Assembly (NCBI GenBank): GCA_043228905.1
Contig: JBHGNT010000021.1
Location: 6,200,001 to 6,264,000 of the forward strand
Length of the DNA stretch: 64,000 bases
Reading direction: 5' to 3'
From: Azolla caroliniana
Taxonomy: Eukaryota > Plantae > Polypodiophyta
Both the position numbers and the translations under genes were made by a program. The first letter of the stretch is position 1, and each line of letters begins with the position of its first letter. This document shows positions 28,045 through 39,450 of this stretch, one piece after another. A model generated the notes under the pieces. The model worked only from the letters and a program-made list of their open reading frames with translations, was not told the DNA's origin and did no database searches.

Positions 28045-28343
28045 TGTGAGGAATAGTGCGGAATATCACTTGGCCACAACCAAATCTTGAATCACTTTAA
28101 TGATAATCAAACACAGAAATGGGAAGTAGGGAGTGAGTGCATGTACACACACTGCCAATAGAGAGTACACAGAAATGACACAAGATGTTTACGTGGAAAA
28201 CCCTAATAGGGAAAAACCACGGGAGCCCACGGACTCCAACTATCACTATATGAGAGTAAATACAAGGTGGAGGCACAGAGGCAACAACCTCGTACTCGCG
28301 ATCTTCGCTAGATGACGATTACAATAGAGAGTGCTCATAGCTA

Positions 28344-28385
<42 letters not shown>

Positions 28386-28636
28386 TTGTACAATTACAAT
28401 AGTATGACAACTACAACCTTATTACAAAGTGATTGCCCTAAGTCATATTTATACTTATATGAACTTAGGGCTATTTACAAATATAGCCTCAGTAGGCTTA
28501 CTCAAAACATATTTATAGATATGTCTTCTCTTCCGGTTCCTACCGGCTCTGCTTCGGTTTCCAGATCTCTTCCGGTTCTCACCGAGTCCTCTTTATTCAT
28601 CACCGGATCCCATCCGGAGAGATTGATTTCTCAACA
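28045..28636 (-). mobile_element. Solo LTR C (Copia-type) inserted in the B integrase
   Basis: TG...CA ends; TSD ACATG (28040-28044, 28637-28641); removal restores GRHVRCL. Has a ccgtggtttttccc...gggttttccacgt U5-type motif and is homologous in reverse complement to ~39000-39450. Confidence 0.9.
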
Positions 28637-29362
28637 ACATGTACGATGTCTTCTGTTTGATGGAGGAAAAGAGTACTTCTCCGATGAATTTTCAGCTTTT
28701 CTTTGGAAAGAAGGAATTCAGCGAGAGTTTTCGTGTCGACATATGCCACGACAGAATGGAGTAGCAGAATGAAAGAATCGGCACATCCTCGAAGTAGCAC
28801 ATGCCATGCTTAACGAGAAGCACATGCCAAAGTCGTATTGGGCAGAAGCCCCACAACCGTCTACCTAATGAACCAGTGTCGTGAGGATTTTCAGCTATGG
28901 TGAGAAAACCAAGTGGGATGGATAAAATGGGGATGTGCAACATTGAACATGCACTTGGAAGATTTGTAAAAGAAACAAATGTAAAAAAGGAAGGGTGAAT
29001 GCAGTGTTGGGCAAAGTCTCTAGGCCCTACCGGAAATTTTCCTGCTTCTTATGAACCTAACCGGAATGTTAAAATCTCAGCCGGCCACGTTCCTATTAGC
29101 GACAATGTCAACCGGAAATGTTGAATTTTTTTTTAACGCATACCAAATAAATAAATAAAATTCTAGTGCAATACCACATCAAATCAATCACAAAAAATTG
29201 GAGCCCAAAAACTAAATATATATATTTATCAAAAAATGTACTAACTTTGTAAACAAAATTCACTTTTCGAAACTTTGTAAACTAGCATTAACAACATATT
29301 AGATCAAATTAGAGCTAATATATATAAAGTTCCAAAACAAAATAGATCACATTTACAAAATT

Positions 29363-31486
29363 TCAATCTATATCTTCTATGAAGTCCTCGATGTCATCAT
29401 CATGCTCATGAGAAGTACCTGTAAAAATATGACGATATGCCTTGCTTTCTCGCCACAACAAAATGCTGGCATTGAAGTCATGTTCTTCTAATTCAGGTCC
29501 TTCAATAGATATTCGTATCAATGCATCAACCGCATTGGTTTTTAGCCTATTTCTAAACTTATTTTTTATTAGATTTAGGCGATTAAAGCCTCTCTCACAT
29601 GCTGCCGTAGAAGAACACTGAATTAACCCTATCAATGAAAGCTTTAGAAGCTCGGGTAGCTTTTCTTTCCACACATCATTACAATTTATCATACCCCAAA
29701 CATCTAAGAAATCTCTTCCAAGCCATTCCGTGGTAGCTTGCCTTTTGAAAATTGCATATTCATCATACAATTTATCATTATCAATTATGGGAGAAAACGC
29801 TTTCCCATCTATCATTTTTTGAATGCCATAAAAATTTCCAAGTGTTTTCAACTCATTAAGACCCATAGTTTTTCGTGCTAAAATGCTTGTAGATCCGGTA
29901 GACATGTTCATTGGTGATAACATTTTCAATGCGGAAAGAGTCACCGGATCTTGAAGCCTCTTTTTTATTGTCTCTATCAATGCCTTAGAAAACAAAGTTT
30001 GGAATTGTATGGCTTCAATTAAGTCCTCACCATCAACACTTCTATCGATGAGGATGCTTTTATACATATTACCTTTTGTGGCATCTCGTAAAACTGAAAG
30101 CATTCCTTTTTCTCTACCATATTTTGGAATAATTGGATAATTATCGTTATCCTTCTCAAAACCATTCAGATCCATCATAACATGATGTAAAAATTGTTCT
30201 TCTATCTCCCCAATGGCTATCATAGCCAAACCTCCAATGCATGTCACATCCACATATTCCTTTTGGAATTCCATACTTAATGTAGACATGATCTTAAGTA
30301 CATCTGCAAGGAAGTGAAGCATATACACTACTTTAAAGTTTCTTAAACTCAAGAATACATTGTATGCATCACTTTGCGATTGCAAAGTCTTCATCAAGGG
30401 TTCATACACATCACATACCCTCATGATAGCACCATGCCGACTAAGCCATCGTGTCTTCACAATCCCAAGAATATGCAAATGTGTGTATTCTAATGCATCT
30501 TGCATCTTACTTAATTCACCTTGGCGCATTGAGCTCCTCGAGAAATGTGCAGCCACCCGATTCACAAGGGCATCTAACTGCTTGCATGTTTCTTTGACTT
30601 CAACGTTCTTTGAAGCCTCTTGCACACACAAGTTTGTTCGATGTGCACAACAATGTAATGAAGTCATAAATGGATTATATGACTTCAATCTTGTAGCAAC
30701 ACCTGTAGACATACCTACCATAACAGATGCTCCATCACTTCCAAATCCCATCATTTTTCTAACATCTAAGTTCCACTTTTTTAACAACGCTAAAATGTTT
30801 TCTGTTATTGTTTTTGCTGTACCATCCTCTACTTCAAGTACCCCTAAATAAGAGGTTCGTACTTGCCTTCCTTCCACAAATGTAGCGTAAAGGATCAAGT
30901 TCTTGGTCACACTTACATCGGTAGCTTCATCTACCATAAGCCCAAACCAAGGACTTGTCCTCAACCTTTCATATATCTCGGCTTCAAGAGCCTTGCTAAT
31001 GCGCAAGATAAAGCTTGCACAAGCCTTATTATCATTGTACATTCGTGGAAGGCCTTCCACACCACACTCTCTTAATAAACGTAAGAGGTTTTCCAATTTT
31101 CTAAATGCCAAATCCTCTTTAGCTATAAAATATGCACATTTAAACAATTTTTCAACTGCTAAATCCACACTAGCTTTTTTCTTTGATGCACATTTTTCAA
31201 GACCATTCTTGTCTCGTTCTTGTAACAAAATGGCATCTCGATGGGCCACACTTCTTGCATGTTCTTCTAATGCAGAAGTCTTAAAATTTTTTGCACCTGT
31301 TTTTCCAAATAAGGACTTACAATGTGGGTCTTTTATAGGTTCTTCTAGAGACACATCTTCATTAGAAGATGACATGTTCTTCCTAAAACAAGGCATTGTA
31401 TGAAGGCTCATTTGTTTTCCCTTGCCTTTGCTATTTTTGTTGTGCGACATAATGTAACAATAAGGTAGAGTATATTGAACAATCAT
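29363..31486 (-). CDS. hAT transposase (ZNF862/DUF4371-like), 707 aa, uninterrupted
   Basis: DDE triad in GLMVDEATD, GFGSDGASVM and STAACERGFNRLNLIKNKFRNRL (C-terminal dimerisation domain); CxxH motif HCCAH; TRW motif. Putative 5'UTR exons at ~31570-31630 and ending ~33849, with GT-AG sites. Confidence 0.93.
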   Translation of the reverse strand: MIVQYTLPYCYIMSHNKNSKGKGKQMSLHTMPCFRKNMSSSNEDVSLEEPIKDPHCKSLFGKTGAKNFKTSALEEHARSVAHRDAILLQERDKNGLEKCASKKKASVDLAVEKLFKCAYFIAKEDLAFRKLENLLRLLRECGVEGLPRMYNDNKACASFILRISKALEAEIYERLRTSPWFGLMVDEATDVSVTKNLILYATFVEGRQVRTSYLGVLEVEDGTAKTITENILALLKKWNLDVRKMMGFGSDGASVMVGMSTGVATRLKSYNPFMTSLHCCAHRTNLCVQEASKNVEVKETCKQLDALVNRVAAHFSRSSMRQGELSKMQDALEYTHLHILGIVKTRWLSRHGAIMRVCDVYEPLMKTLQSQSDAYNVFLSLRNFKVVYMLHFLADVLKIMSTLSMEFQKEYVDVTCIGGLAMIAIGEIEEQFLHHVMMDLNGFEKDNDNYPIIPKYGREKGMLSVLRDATKGNMYKSILIDRSVDGEDLIEAIQFQTLFSKALIETIKKRLQDPVTLSALKMLSPMNMSTGSTSILARKTMGLNELKTLGNFYGIQKMIDGKAFSPIIDNDKLYDEYAIFKRQATTEWLGRDFLDVWGMINCNDVWKEKLPELLKLSLIGLIQCSSTAACERGFNRLNLIKNKFRNRLKTNAVDALIRISIEGPELEEHDFNASILLWRESKAYRHIFTGTSHEHDDDIEDFIEDID

Positions 31487-31817
31487 AATCTATCATTTTC
31501 ATTTACAAGAAAGGGAAACATACATACACAATCCATGTTTTCCAAAGAGAATAAGAAAATTAAAATACCTGGAATATATGGAAGATTGTGAGGCTATAAA
31601 AGATTGAGTTTCCACTATGGATCTTCCAATCTATAAAAAAATAAAGAAGAAAGAGGAAGCCTCACATTAGCTTACACGCACATGCAAATGATAAATAATA
31701 CATATCTTCACTATTTACTAGTTCATCTCTTTCTTAGCGTGTTCGATGCAAAACGCAATTGAAACTCTTAAATTGAATGTCAAAACCTCAAAATAATTTC
31801 ACTATCAATGAGACATA

Positions 31818-31883
31818 CATGCATTGTCTTCGTCTCATGCATGCATTGTCTTCGTCTCATGCATGCATTGTCTTCGTCTCATG
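31818..31883. repeat. 22-bp tandem repeat x3 inside the hAT
   Basis: catgcattgtcttcgtctcatg x3. Confidence 0.9.
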
Positions 31884-34800
31884 TTTGGGTCATAAAGTGT
31901 AAAGTTTGAGCAATACATTGTACACATCATACATGTGTATCCAAATATGCACAAAGTGGCCTCGTGGTGTTTACACTAATTATGCTACTCTATCTTGACT
32001 TGTCCTAAACTTGTATGCTACTCTTGGATCTTCATACAAATCTATTTACATAGAGACAATATGAAATACATGAGCATATGTAACAATTCTTGCTACATCT
32101 ATATTGAAAGCACCACTTCATCTTAAGGTTTATGGTAAGTTTGTTTAAAGTAATTGAAATTACCATGCAATGTATTGATTATGAACCGTCACTACAACAT
32201 TGGTTAGGGACTCATTGGTTTAAAGCTTAGCAAATCAAGCGATATAAAACCGAGAGAACATGGGTTAGGAATCAGGATGACATGTTATCAAATCACTTGC
32301 TCCAACTCGTTCCTAATGACATCAACATACTCTCTTAGATACGTAGTTCCACATCTTACATGAAAAAAATGAGCAAGACCATTGACAAGTACACAATTGT
32401 TCGCATTCGGCTCAAACTAGGAGACAAATAGACGGGAGAAAACGACAACTAGTAGCAAGTTATGAAATCTATGTGGGAGGGGAATACAAACAAATGAGCA
32501 TTTCATTGACATATGCTATGCATGCTATATTGGAGGCAATTACCATTATATATTTCGGGACAAATTCGGACCATTGTACCAAATCACGGAGTGCGAAGGC
32601 CCAAAAAGTTTATGATATTCTTTCTCATGGTTAAACACACTTGCCACGAATCATGGGCCCATGCACTTCTCTCCTCTTCTTTGCCACTTCTCTCCTCTTC
32701 TTTGCCTTTTTTTGAAAACAAAAAAACAGAGGAAAGCAGAGCCTTTGTTTCCCTCTCTCTTCTTGTTGACTCTGATTGTTTTCTGTGTATCCAACAGCAG
32801 CAAGCAAGCCATCTTAAAACTTTATAAGGTTTCACCATTAAATTAGGGTCTCAATCCCAATACAGGCCTAATTCTGAGAGAGTCTCAGTGTCCTTTTGAA
32901 AGCCTCAAACTTTCATACCCTGATTGACAGAAGAGGCACTCTGATGCTCTCAAAACATACAACAATCTCTTTTGATGCCCCTAAAAAATGATTTAGATAT
33001 ATCTCCAGCTTCTAGCTTCCATCATCGTTCTAAAATCCTAACAGCCATATCCATTGGAGCAGCTAGCTGCAAAGATGTATGAGGTAAAGCACTTATAGAT
33101 CCAGCTATGGAGATGAGTTAATCACTTGAAACTTTCTTTCAAGGTCTTTCTTGTTCCTTTGCAAGAATTGTTAGCGAGAAAGAATTATGAGGTTTCAAAG
33201 AGAATGTGGTCATGTGGATGATGGCAATACCATGATGGTTCATGAAAATGATAATGATGGATGTACCATGGTTCAGGATGATGATGATGTGCATATCATA
33301 TCTCATGATGGTGGTGATGATGATGATGATGGCAATGGGCACACCATCATTCATGATAGGCATGCCACTTCTTAACAGACCATGTTTCATCATGAGTATG
33401 TGCATACCATGATTCATGATGATGATGGGCATGCCATGTTTCATGATGAAGAAGAAGAAGAAGAAGAAAATTCTAGTACTCTAATTTCTCTCGCCCATGT
33501 TCTGAAATAATTACCGTAGTTTACGGACATCCACTGTACTTGCCTCTAGTACAAAAAACACTATTTCTCCAGCGGGAAAATGAACGTTGGAAGCAAAGGC
33601 AACAATAATTCAGGATTGCAATCATCAGGCATTTGAGCAAATATTCATGGATGTCATTAATTATTGTGATAAAGAAACAAAACCTTCACAAACATAGCTA
33701 TTAAAAATGTGCATTTTATGTATAAAATGCATTTTAGAATACTTGAACTATTTAACATACATTCTGCATTTTACAACTGCCATTTCAAACTGGTCTTGTT
33801 CTTATGAACCTAATTGGAAATTTTTAGAAACTATAGTTGTGCACTCACCTTGCAATAGAGAGCGACGAGCGGCGATTGAGCGAGCGGCGATCAACGAGGA
33901 AGGAGGAACGAGTAATGATGAAGTCCGAAGGATGGAGTTGTGAGAAAAAACAGAAATCGACAGAGTGAAATGGAAATTGACAGAGAGGGAGACAGAAATC
34001 GTCGTCAGAGAGGGAGAAAGAAATCGTCGACAGAGAGGGAGACAGAAATGAGAGAGAGAGAGAGAGAGAGAGAAAGAGGAGGGGGGGAAAAAACACGCAA
34101 AGGGGGAAAAAGGGGGAAAAGGGGGGAAAGGCTCAAGAGTAAATGAATATGTTTTTTTTTAACCTTTTTATTTTTACAAACTATATAAATAGCCGGTTCA
34201 AAAAATATGAACCGGCTAGATTCCGGTTGGTAGGAAAACCTAGCCGGAATCAATTCCGGCTGCCCCCCACCTTGGCCGGCAAAAGTCCCAACCCAACCGG
34301 AACGCTGACACTGTTCCTGGGACTTTGCCCAACACTGGGTGAATGTAAGGTGTTAAAAGTGCACTACGAAAATTCATAGTGTAAATGTGATGTTCCGTCG
34401 ATCTCGACACCTCGCCGCCAAAGTCTCAAGATCCGGTGTGAGTAAGGTCCCGACACCACTGCTCGTCATGTCTGTAGCCACCTCCATCGGGACGTCGTTG
34501 TTCGTGGCTACCCTGTCCCCGATCGCGCAAGCCTCAATTAGGCTTGCTTCCTCCCCGCTCGATGTTTCGGGCAACCGTGTCCCGAAACTTCCGCCCACTC
34601 TCGAAGTGGCGCTCCCCACTCCGTAGTCTCCGGCCTTCTCTATGGCTGTCCCTTTTCCACAAGACGAGAGGGTCACTCGCTCCACACCCTCTCCCATGTT
34701 GCCGTCGTACGCTCTTTCGGCCTCCACATAGGCCCTGTCCTCCGTGCGTAGGGAGACATCTTCCTCCGCTTCCTCCGATCCTCTCGGACCCAACTCCTTA

Positions 34801-35314
34801 ATAAACCCCTCTTCGGCTTCGATATTTCACTTCACGATCTCGTACGCCTCCCGTGCCAATGCTTCTAGGTTGAACTCCTCCGAACCATTACGCGTTGAGC
34901 TCTCTTCCGGCGATAGTTGTAGTCACTCACCACCCTCTCTTCTCCGCCCCTCGTGGACCATGTTGTGGCCGACCGCTTCTCATCGTGTTGCCAGCATACC
35001 CACTCCACTTCGGACCAATCATCGGTGAGGCCGTGTGCTCCATCATCATCTTCGAGCTCAAATAAAATGTTCATCCTTTCCTCCCGATGAACCATCTTCA
35101 AAAATAGGAGGACTTTGTTCGCCCCCACCGATCTCTGATCCTGCTCTGAGAGTTGAGCAAAACGATGCTCGAACTCTTGGAATGCTTCCATCATGCTTCG
35201 ATGGGCCTTCACCGATGACACCCATCGATCAAACTCATGCCGACTTCTCCCCTCTGGTTTCTTGTACCTGTATGCCTCTAATGAAGCTTCCATCCTCGTC
35301 CTCCCTTGCCGCCC

Positions 35315-35332
35315 TTCACGTCGGGTTCACCA
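35315..35332 (-). promoter_or_regulatory. Primer binding site complementary to the tRNA-Trp 3' end
   Basis: TGGTGAACCCGACGTGAA on the minus strand, 2 nt from the LTR end; complement of the plant tRNA-Trp 3' end as I recall it (...TTCACGTCGGGTTCA-CCA). Confidence 0.85.
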
Positions 35333-35765
35333 AATGTCGCAGAAATCCGCGAGTTCGTGTCGGCTTGGGTGGGACCACGGGGGTCTTGGACTAGGGAATA
35401 GAGGGGAAATGGGAGTTTATCCCTTACGGCCTTCGAGCTCAAAAGGGGAGGAGAAAGAAGAAGAGATTAACACGATAGAGAAATAGATCAGGACAAGGTT
35501 AAACAAGCAAATTACACTATAAGGCATGAAAGCCATGATATGATTACAACTTCGGCCATAAGCTGGAGTCTGGACTCGAGCACAAATAGAAGAAAACCCA
35601 AGCGAATAGGAAGAAGAACTAAATCCTAATCGAGAGAAGGGAAATGATACGAAAGGGGAACCTAAAACCGAAACCCTAAAACGAAATCGGGGAGAAGATG
35701 ATGAAGAAAATCCTAACGGTCTACCTCTACTTATAAAATGGCGACTCCCCAAAGAAAACCCAACA

Positions 35766-37026
35766 GTGGAAGCCCCTCAAAAATTGCCAACAGTGGACGA
35801 GGCCAACCGGATCCGGAAGAAAGCGTACCGGTTCTTTCTCCGGGACGGATTCTTGTGGAAGCACCCGAAGAAGAGGGACGACATCCCGCTCCGAGTAGTG
35901 GCGATGAATGAGGAACAGGAGGAATTGCTGAAAGCCTATCACGACAGCCCCTGGGCTGGGCACCGTGGGACGTGGGCCACGTTCGAGAAGCTGAAGGGGA
36001 AGTACTGGTGGCCGGGACTGTACCGGGACGTGCATCGGTTCGTGACAACTTGTGAGAGCTGTCAGATGCACTCCGTAATCCGACATCGGGACGAGCTTCA
36101 CCCCACTTACCCTCCGGCCATCCACTTCAAATGGATGGTAGATTTGGTGACGATGCCGATGGGCGTAGGGCAGATGCGATATCTGGTGCTGGCCCGGGAG
36201 GACCTGACGAACCAGGTGGAAGGCCGAGCCCTGCAGAACAAAAAGACCGCGGCTGTGTGTCGGTTCCTGATCGAGGACGTGATATGCCGGTACGGGTGCG
36301 TCGGAAAGATCATGGCTGACCGCGGGGAGTTGGAAGCCGAAGAGGCCGAGGAGCTGTTCAACTGGTTGGGGGTCAAGCTCTCGCTCACCATAGCGTACAA
36401 TCTGGAGGCAAACGAGAAGGTAGAGCGCGGGCACGGGCCAATCGTCAAAGCGCTAGTCCGGGCATGCGGAGGCCAGGTCGGGAACTAGCCACGACTGTTG
36501 GGCGGACCGGACAACGCACAACTCGGTAACCGGGTTCATGCCGTCAGAGCTCATGTTCGGACAGAAGCCGATCATGCCGATGGAACGGACGATCTCCTCT
36601 TGGGTGACAGTAGACTGGAGTGATGAAATGAGTCGGGAAGAACTGCTCGCGGCGCGTATAAGGCAGCTCGAGCGGAGGCCAGAGGACGTGGAACGAGCGG
36701 TGGAGAGACTTCGGGTGGCGAGGATGAAGAACAAAGCTCGGTTCGACCGGACGCACCGGCTCCGACCAAAGAAAATCGAGGAAGGCGACTGGGTGCTAGT
36801 CTACGACATCAGCCTCGACAACCAGCACCGAGCAACACGGAAGTTTGCAAAGCGGTGGTTTAGGCCTTACGTGGTAACGGGCGCCAACGACAACGGGACA
36901 TATCACCTGGCGGAACTCGACGGTACGAGGATGGCGATACCAGTGGCGGGAAAGCGGATCAAAGTGTTCAAGAAGCGCCACGACGGCGAACCGGATCTAA
37001 GAGGCCTGGACAATGACAATGATTAG
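35766..37026 (+). pseudogene. Gypsy integrase (stop/small deletion at ~36488), no chromodomain
   Basis: HHCC zinc domain (AYHDSPWAGH...CESCQ); DDE core (WMVDLV, IMADRG, KVERGH); GPY/F-like WFRPYVV; ends GKRIKVFKKR...* about 110 bp before the LTR. Confidence 0.9.
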
Positions 37027-38721
37027 TCTGAGGCGGAGGACGAACCAATGGACGAGGAACCGGAACCTGGGCCATTTTTCTCCAACCAGAACCCAATTTT
37101 GGCGCATACCGGTGGATGCGCGGTTAGGTGGGGGCGGATGTCGTGAAGAAAACTGTCCCCTGGCGTAATCGGTGAATAGCACACAGGAACCGGCCCTTCA
37201 CGTGTGCGCGCTCTTAATGTATATAATAGAGAATTAGGTACAGAGAGAGATCCGGGGTAGTTAGATTCGGTAGGTAGGAAGTAAATGAGGGAGACGGCTC
37301 CCCTCTTGACGCTATAAAGGAGAGGGAGACGCAGGGAGAGAGATATAGCGCATTGAGGAGGACGAAGTGCTGTCGGACTGGAACCAAACGCTTCTCCTCT
37401 GTCTGTTCTCTGTTGCCCTTCTCTGTAGGTTTCGGGAGGCTCGCGCTGCTTCGAGGAACGCCCGTGTGCTTCCGGCAGCACCTCCATCCTATTCCCATTT
37501 CGTGCGTAGACGATCAGGCATCGGCATCTGTTCGCCGGCCTGTTCGGTTGTAGCCGCTCGCGTGTTCTGCTGTGTACTCGTTATTCGTTAATATACAAAC
37601 ACTTGTTTCTTCCTGTCTCTGTGTCCATTCACGTCTTCTGTGTTGACGGGCCACGCCCCTGTGTTTCTTTGCTCATACGTGACCGGGCGTCTCTCTCCTT
37701 CTCTTTCCCCTTCTATCACCTTCTCTTCGGTTCAAGACCTCGGTGGTCCCGCCTTGTTTCTCCACGCACGCGCGTAACAACGCGCCATCTTTGGTGAACC
37801 CGACGTGAAACAGGCGGCAGAGGAGCAGAAGATGAGGGGGTCGGATCTAGCAGAGGCCATGGCTTCGGCCGTGGACCGGATAGTGAGCGCGCGCGAGGGC
37901 ACCGGCGCCCTTGACAGGGCTATTGAGGCGATCGTCGGTACGATCGGCCGGTTCAGTGGAAAGGATGCCACGAGTTATTTGGCGTCCTACCGGGCGGAGA
38001 TGTTGATGAGGGATATCCCGGAAGAGAGGCGTCTTGCCGGATTCCCTCGAGTGGCGATGCCGGGCATCCATGCGGAGGTGCTCGAGATCCGGGCGGAGAG
38101 CCGGACCTGGGAAGAGTTCGAAGGACGGCTCCTAGAGAAATACGGGCTGGATGACGCGCTTCGACTTACGAAGCGAAGGTTCATGGAATGGGTGGAGTCC
38201 CCCAACAAAGGAAGAAATGCGTCGGTACTCCTCTGGAGTTTGAGGAACGCTTTGCGCGCCTTTCGGCGCTCGATCGGACTGTTCTGGACACAAGTCGTGT
38301 CCTACTGTTTGTGAAATCGGTTGACACACGGGATCGGGGGCAAGTTGGCTTCGTACTGGAAACCGAAGACGGGCTGACGACCGACTGGGCCGCGGTAAAG
38401 AGAGTCTGCGGCCGTTTTGACAAATGGTGGGAGTGGGCTGATACAGAGGCGACCGGGACGGGACCTGTCGCAGCAAGGAAGCTCGAACCGATACCACAGG
38501 CACGAAGGGAAGAGACTCGGGAGTGGCTCGAAACCGGTTCGTCTTCGACCGGCGTGATCAGAGGCTCGTCCGGGGGAACAGCTCTGGAGGAGTTGGCACG
38601 AGCGGTAAAGGATCTCCAGATCGCCCAGGCTCGGAGGGAAGGCGGCGATCAGGCTCGTGACCGACGGCCTCCGGCAGGAAGTAGGTGCATGTGGTGCGAC
38701 AAGGTCGGCCACATCCGGAAA

Positions 38722-39450
38722 CGGTATGAGGAGTACCCGGCTACGCAGAGCCGGATGATACAGATCCGGTGAGGACCGGATGAGGAGTACCCGGCTACGG
38801 AGAGCCGAATGATACAGTCCCGGTGAAGACCGGATGAGGAGTACCCGGCTACGGAGAGCCGGATGATACAGTCCCGGTGAAGACCGGATGAGGAGTACTC
38901 GGCTACGGAGAGCCGGATGATATAGGTCCGGTATGAACCGGATGAGGAGTACCCGTCTACGGAGAGCAGGATGGTGCAGAACCGGTGAGAACCGGAGGAA
39001 GAGACATATTCGTAAATATGTTTTTGAGAGCCCATCGAGGCTATATTTGTAAATAGCCGAAAAGTCATATTAGTATAAATATGACTTAGGGCAAACTTTT
39101 AGTGACTGTTGTCATTCTTCCTTGTTGGTGCAAGAAGAAGAGAGAGCACATAATAGTGTACAGTGAGAGAGAGAGAGAAAGAGGTCGTTGCCTCTGTTGT
39201 AACTGCCGCGTGTGGCGAAGATCTGTGAGCACGAGGTCGTTGCCTCAGTGAACTCACTGTTGTACATTCTCACATAGTGACAGTTTGCAGCCTGTGGGCT
39301 GCCGTGGTTTTTCCCTCTTTGGGTTTTCCACGTAAACCTCCTGTGTATCTTCCTCTCCTTTGTGTCGTGTTTTATTTCCCATTTTTTGTGTATCATTCTA
39401 CGCTCGGTTGTGGCCGAGCGTCGCGCATAAGGAACGTCGGGTTCCTGTCA
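38722..39450 (+). mobile_element. 5'-truncated Copia LTR of the C family embedded in E
   Basis: gagacatattcgtaaatatg...tataaatatgacttagggcaa and gccgtggtttttccctctttgggttttccacgtaaac match solo LTR C in reverse complement; probably ends ttcctgtCA. Confidence 0.8.
38727..38996 (+). repeat. 54-bp CCGG-rich tandem array x5 (LTR U3 repeats)
   Basis: tgaggagtacccggctacggagagccggatgatacagtcccggtgaagaccgga units at 38727, 38781, 38835, 38889 and 38943. Confidence 0.92.

Larger units (their letters stand above)
29002..34337 (-). mobile_element. hAT-superfamily DNA transposon, full length (5336 bp)
   Basis: Perfect 17-bp TIR CAGTGTTGGGCAAAGTC; perfect 8-bp TSD GGTGAATG (28994-29001, 34338-34345); subterminal (A/G)CCGG motifs at both ends. 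Confidence 0.96.

Noticed and set aside
27096-28079. Long antisense ORFs over retroelement and transposase genes (also 52878-53663, 35727-36434, 30360-31403)
   Set aside because: Shadow frames of pol or transposase codons with no independent protein features.
35315-35332. tRNA-Trp 3'-end sequence including CCA, read as a tRNA gene
   Set aside because: Only 18 nt, directly adjacent to an LTR end: it is a PBS on the minus strand.
38727-38996. Regularly spaced repeats resembling a CRISPR array
   Set aside because: Units are contiguous 54-bp tandem copies with no unique spacers, inside a plant LTR, with no cas genes.
39434-39444. 11-nt match (acgtcgggttc) to the tRNA-Trp 3' end at the C-type LTR / E LTR junction
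   Set aside because: Short, lacks ACCA, and is explained by a local aggaac/gttcct hairpin at the LTR end; chance cannot be excluded.
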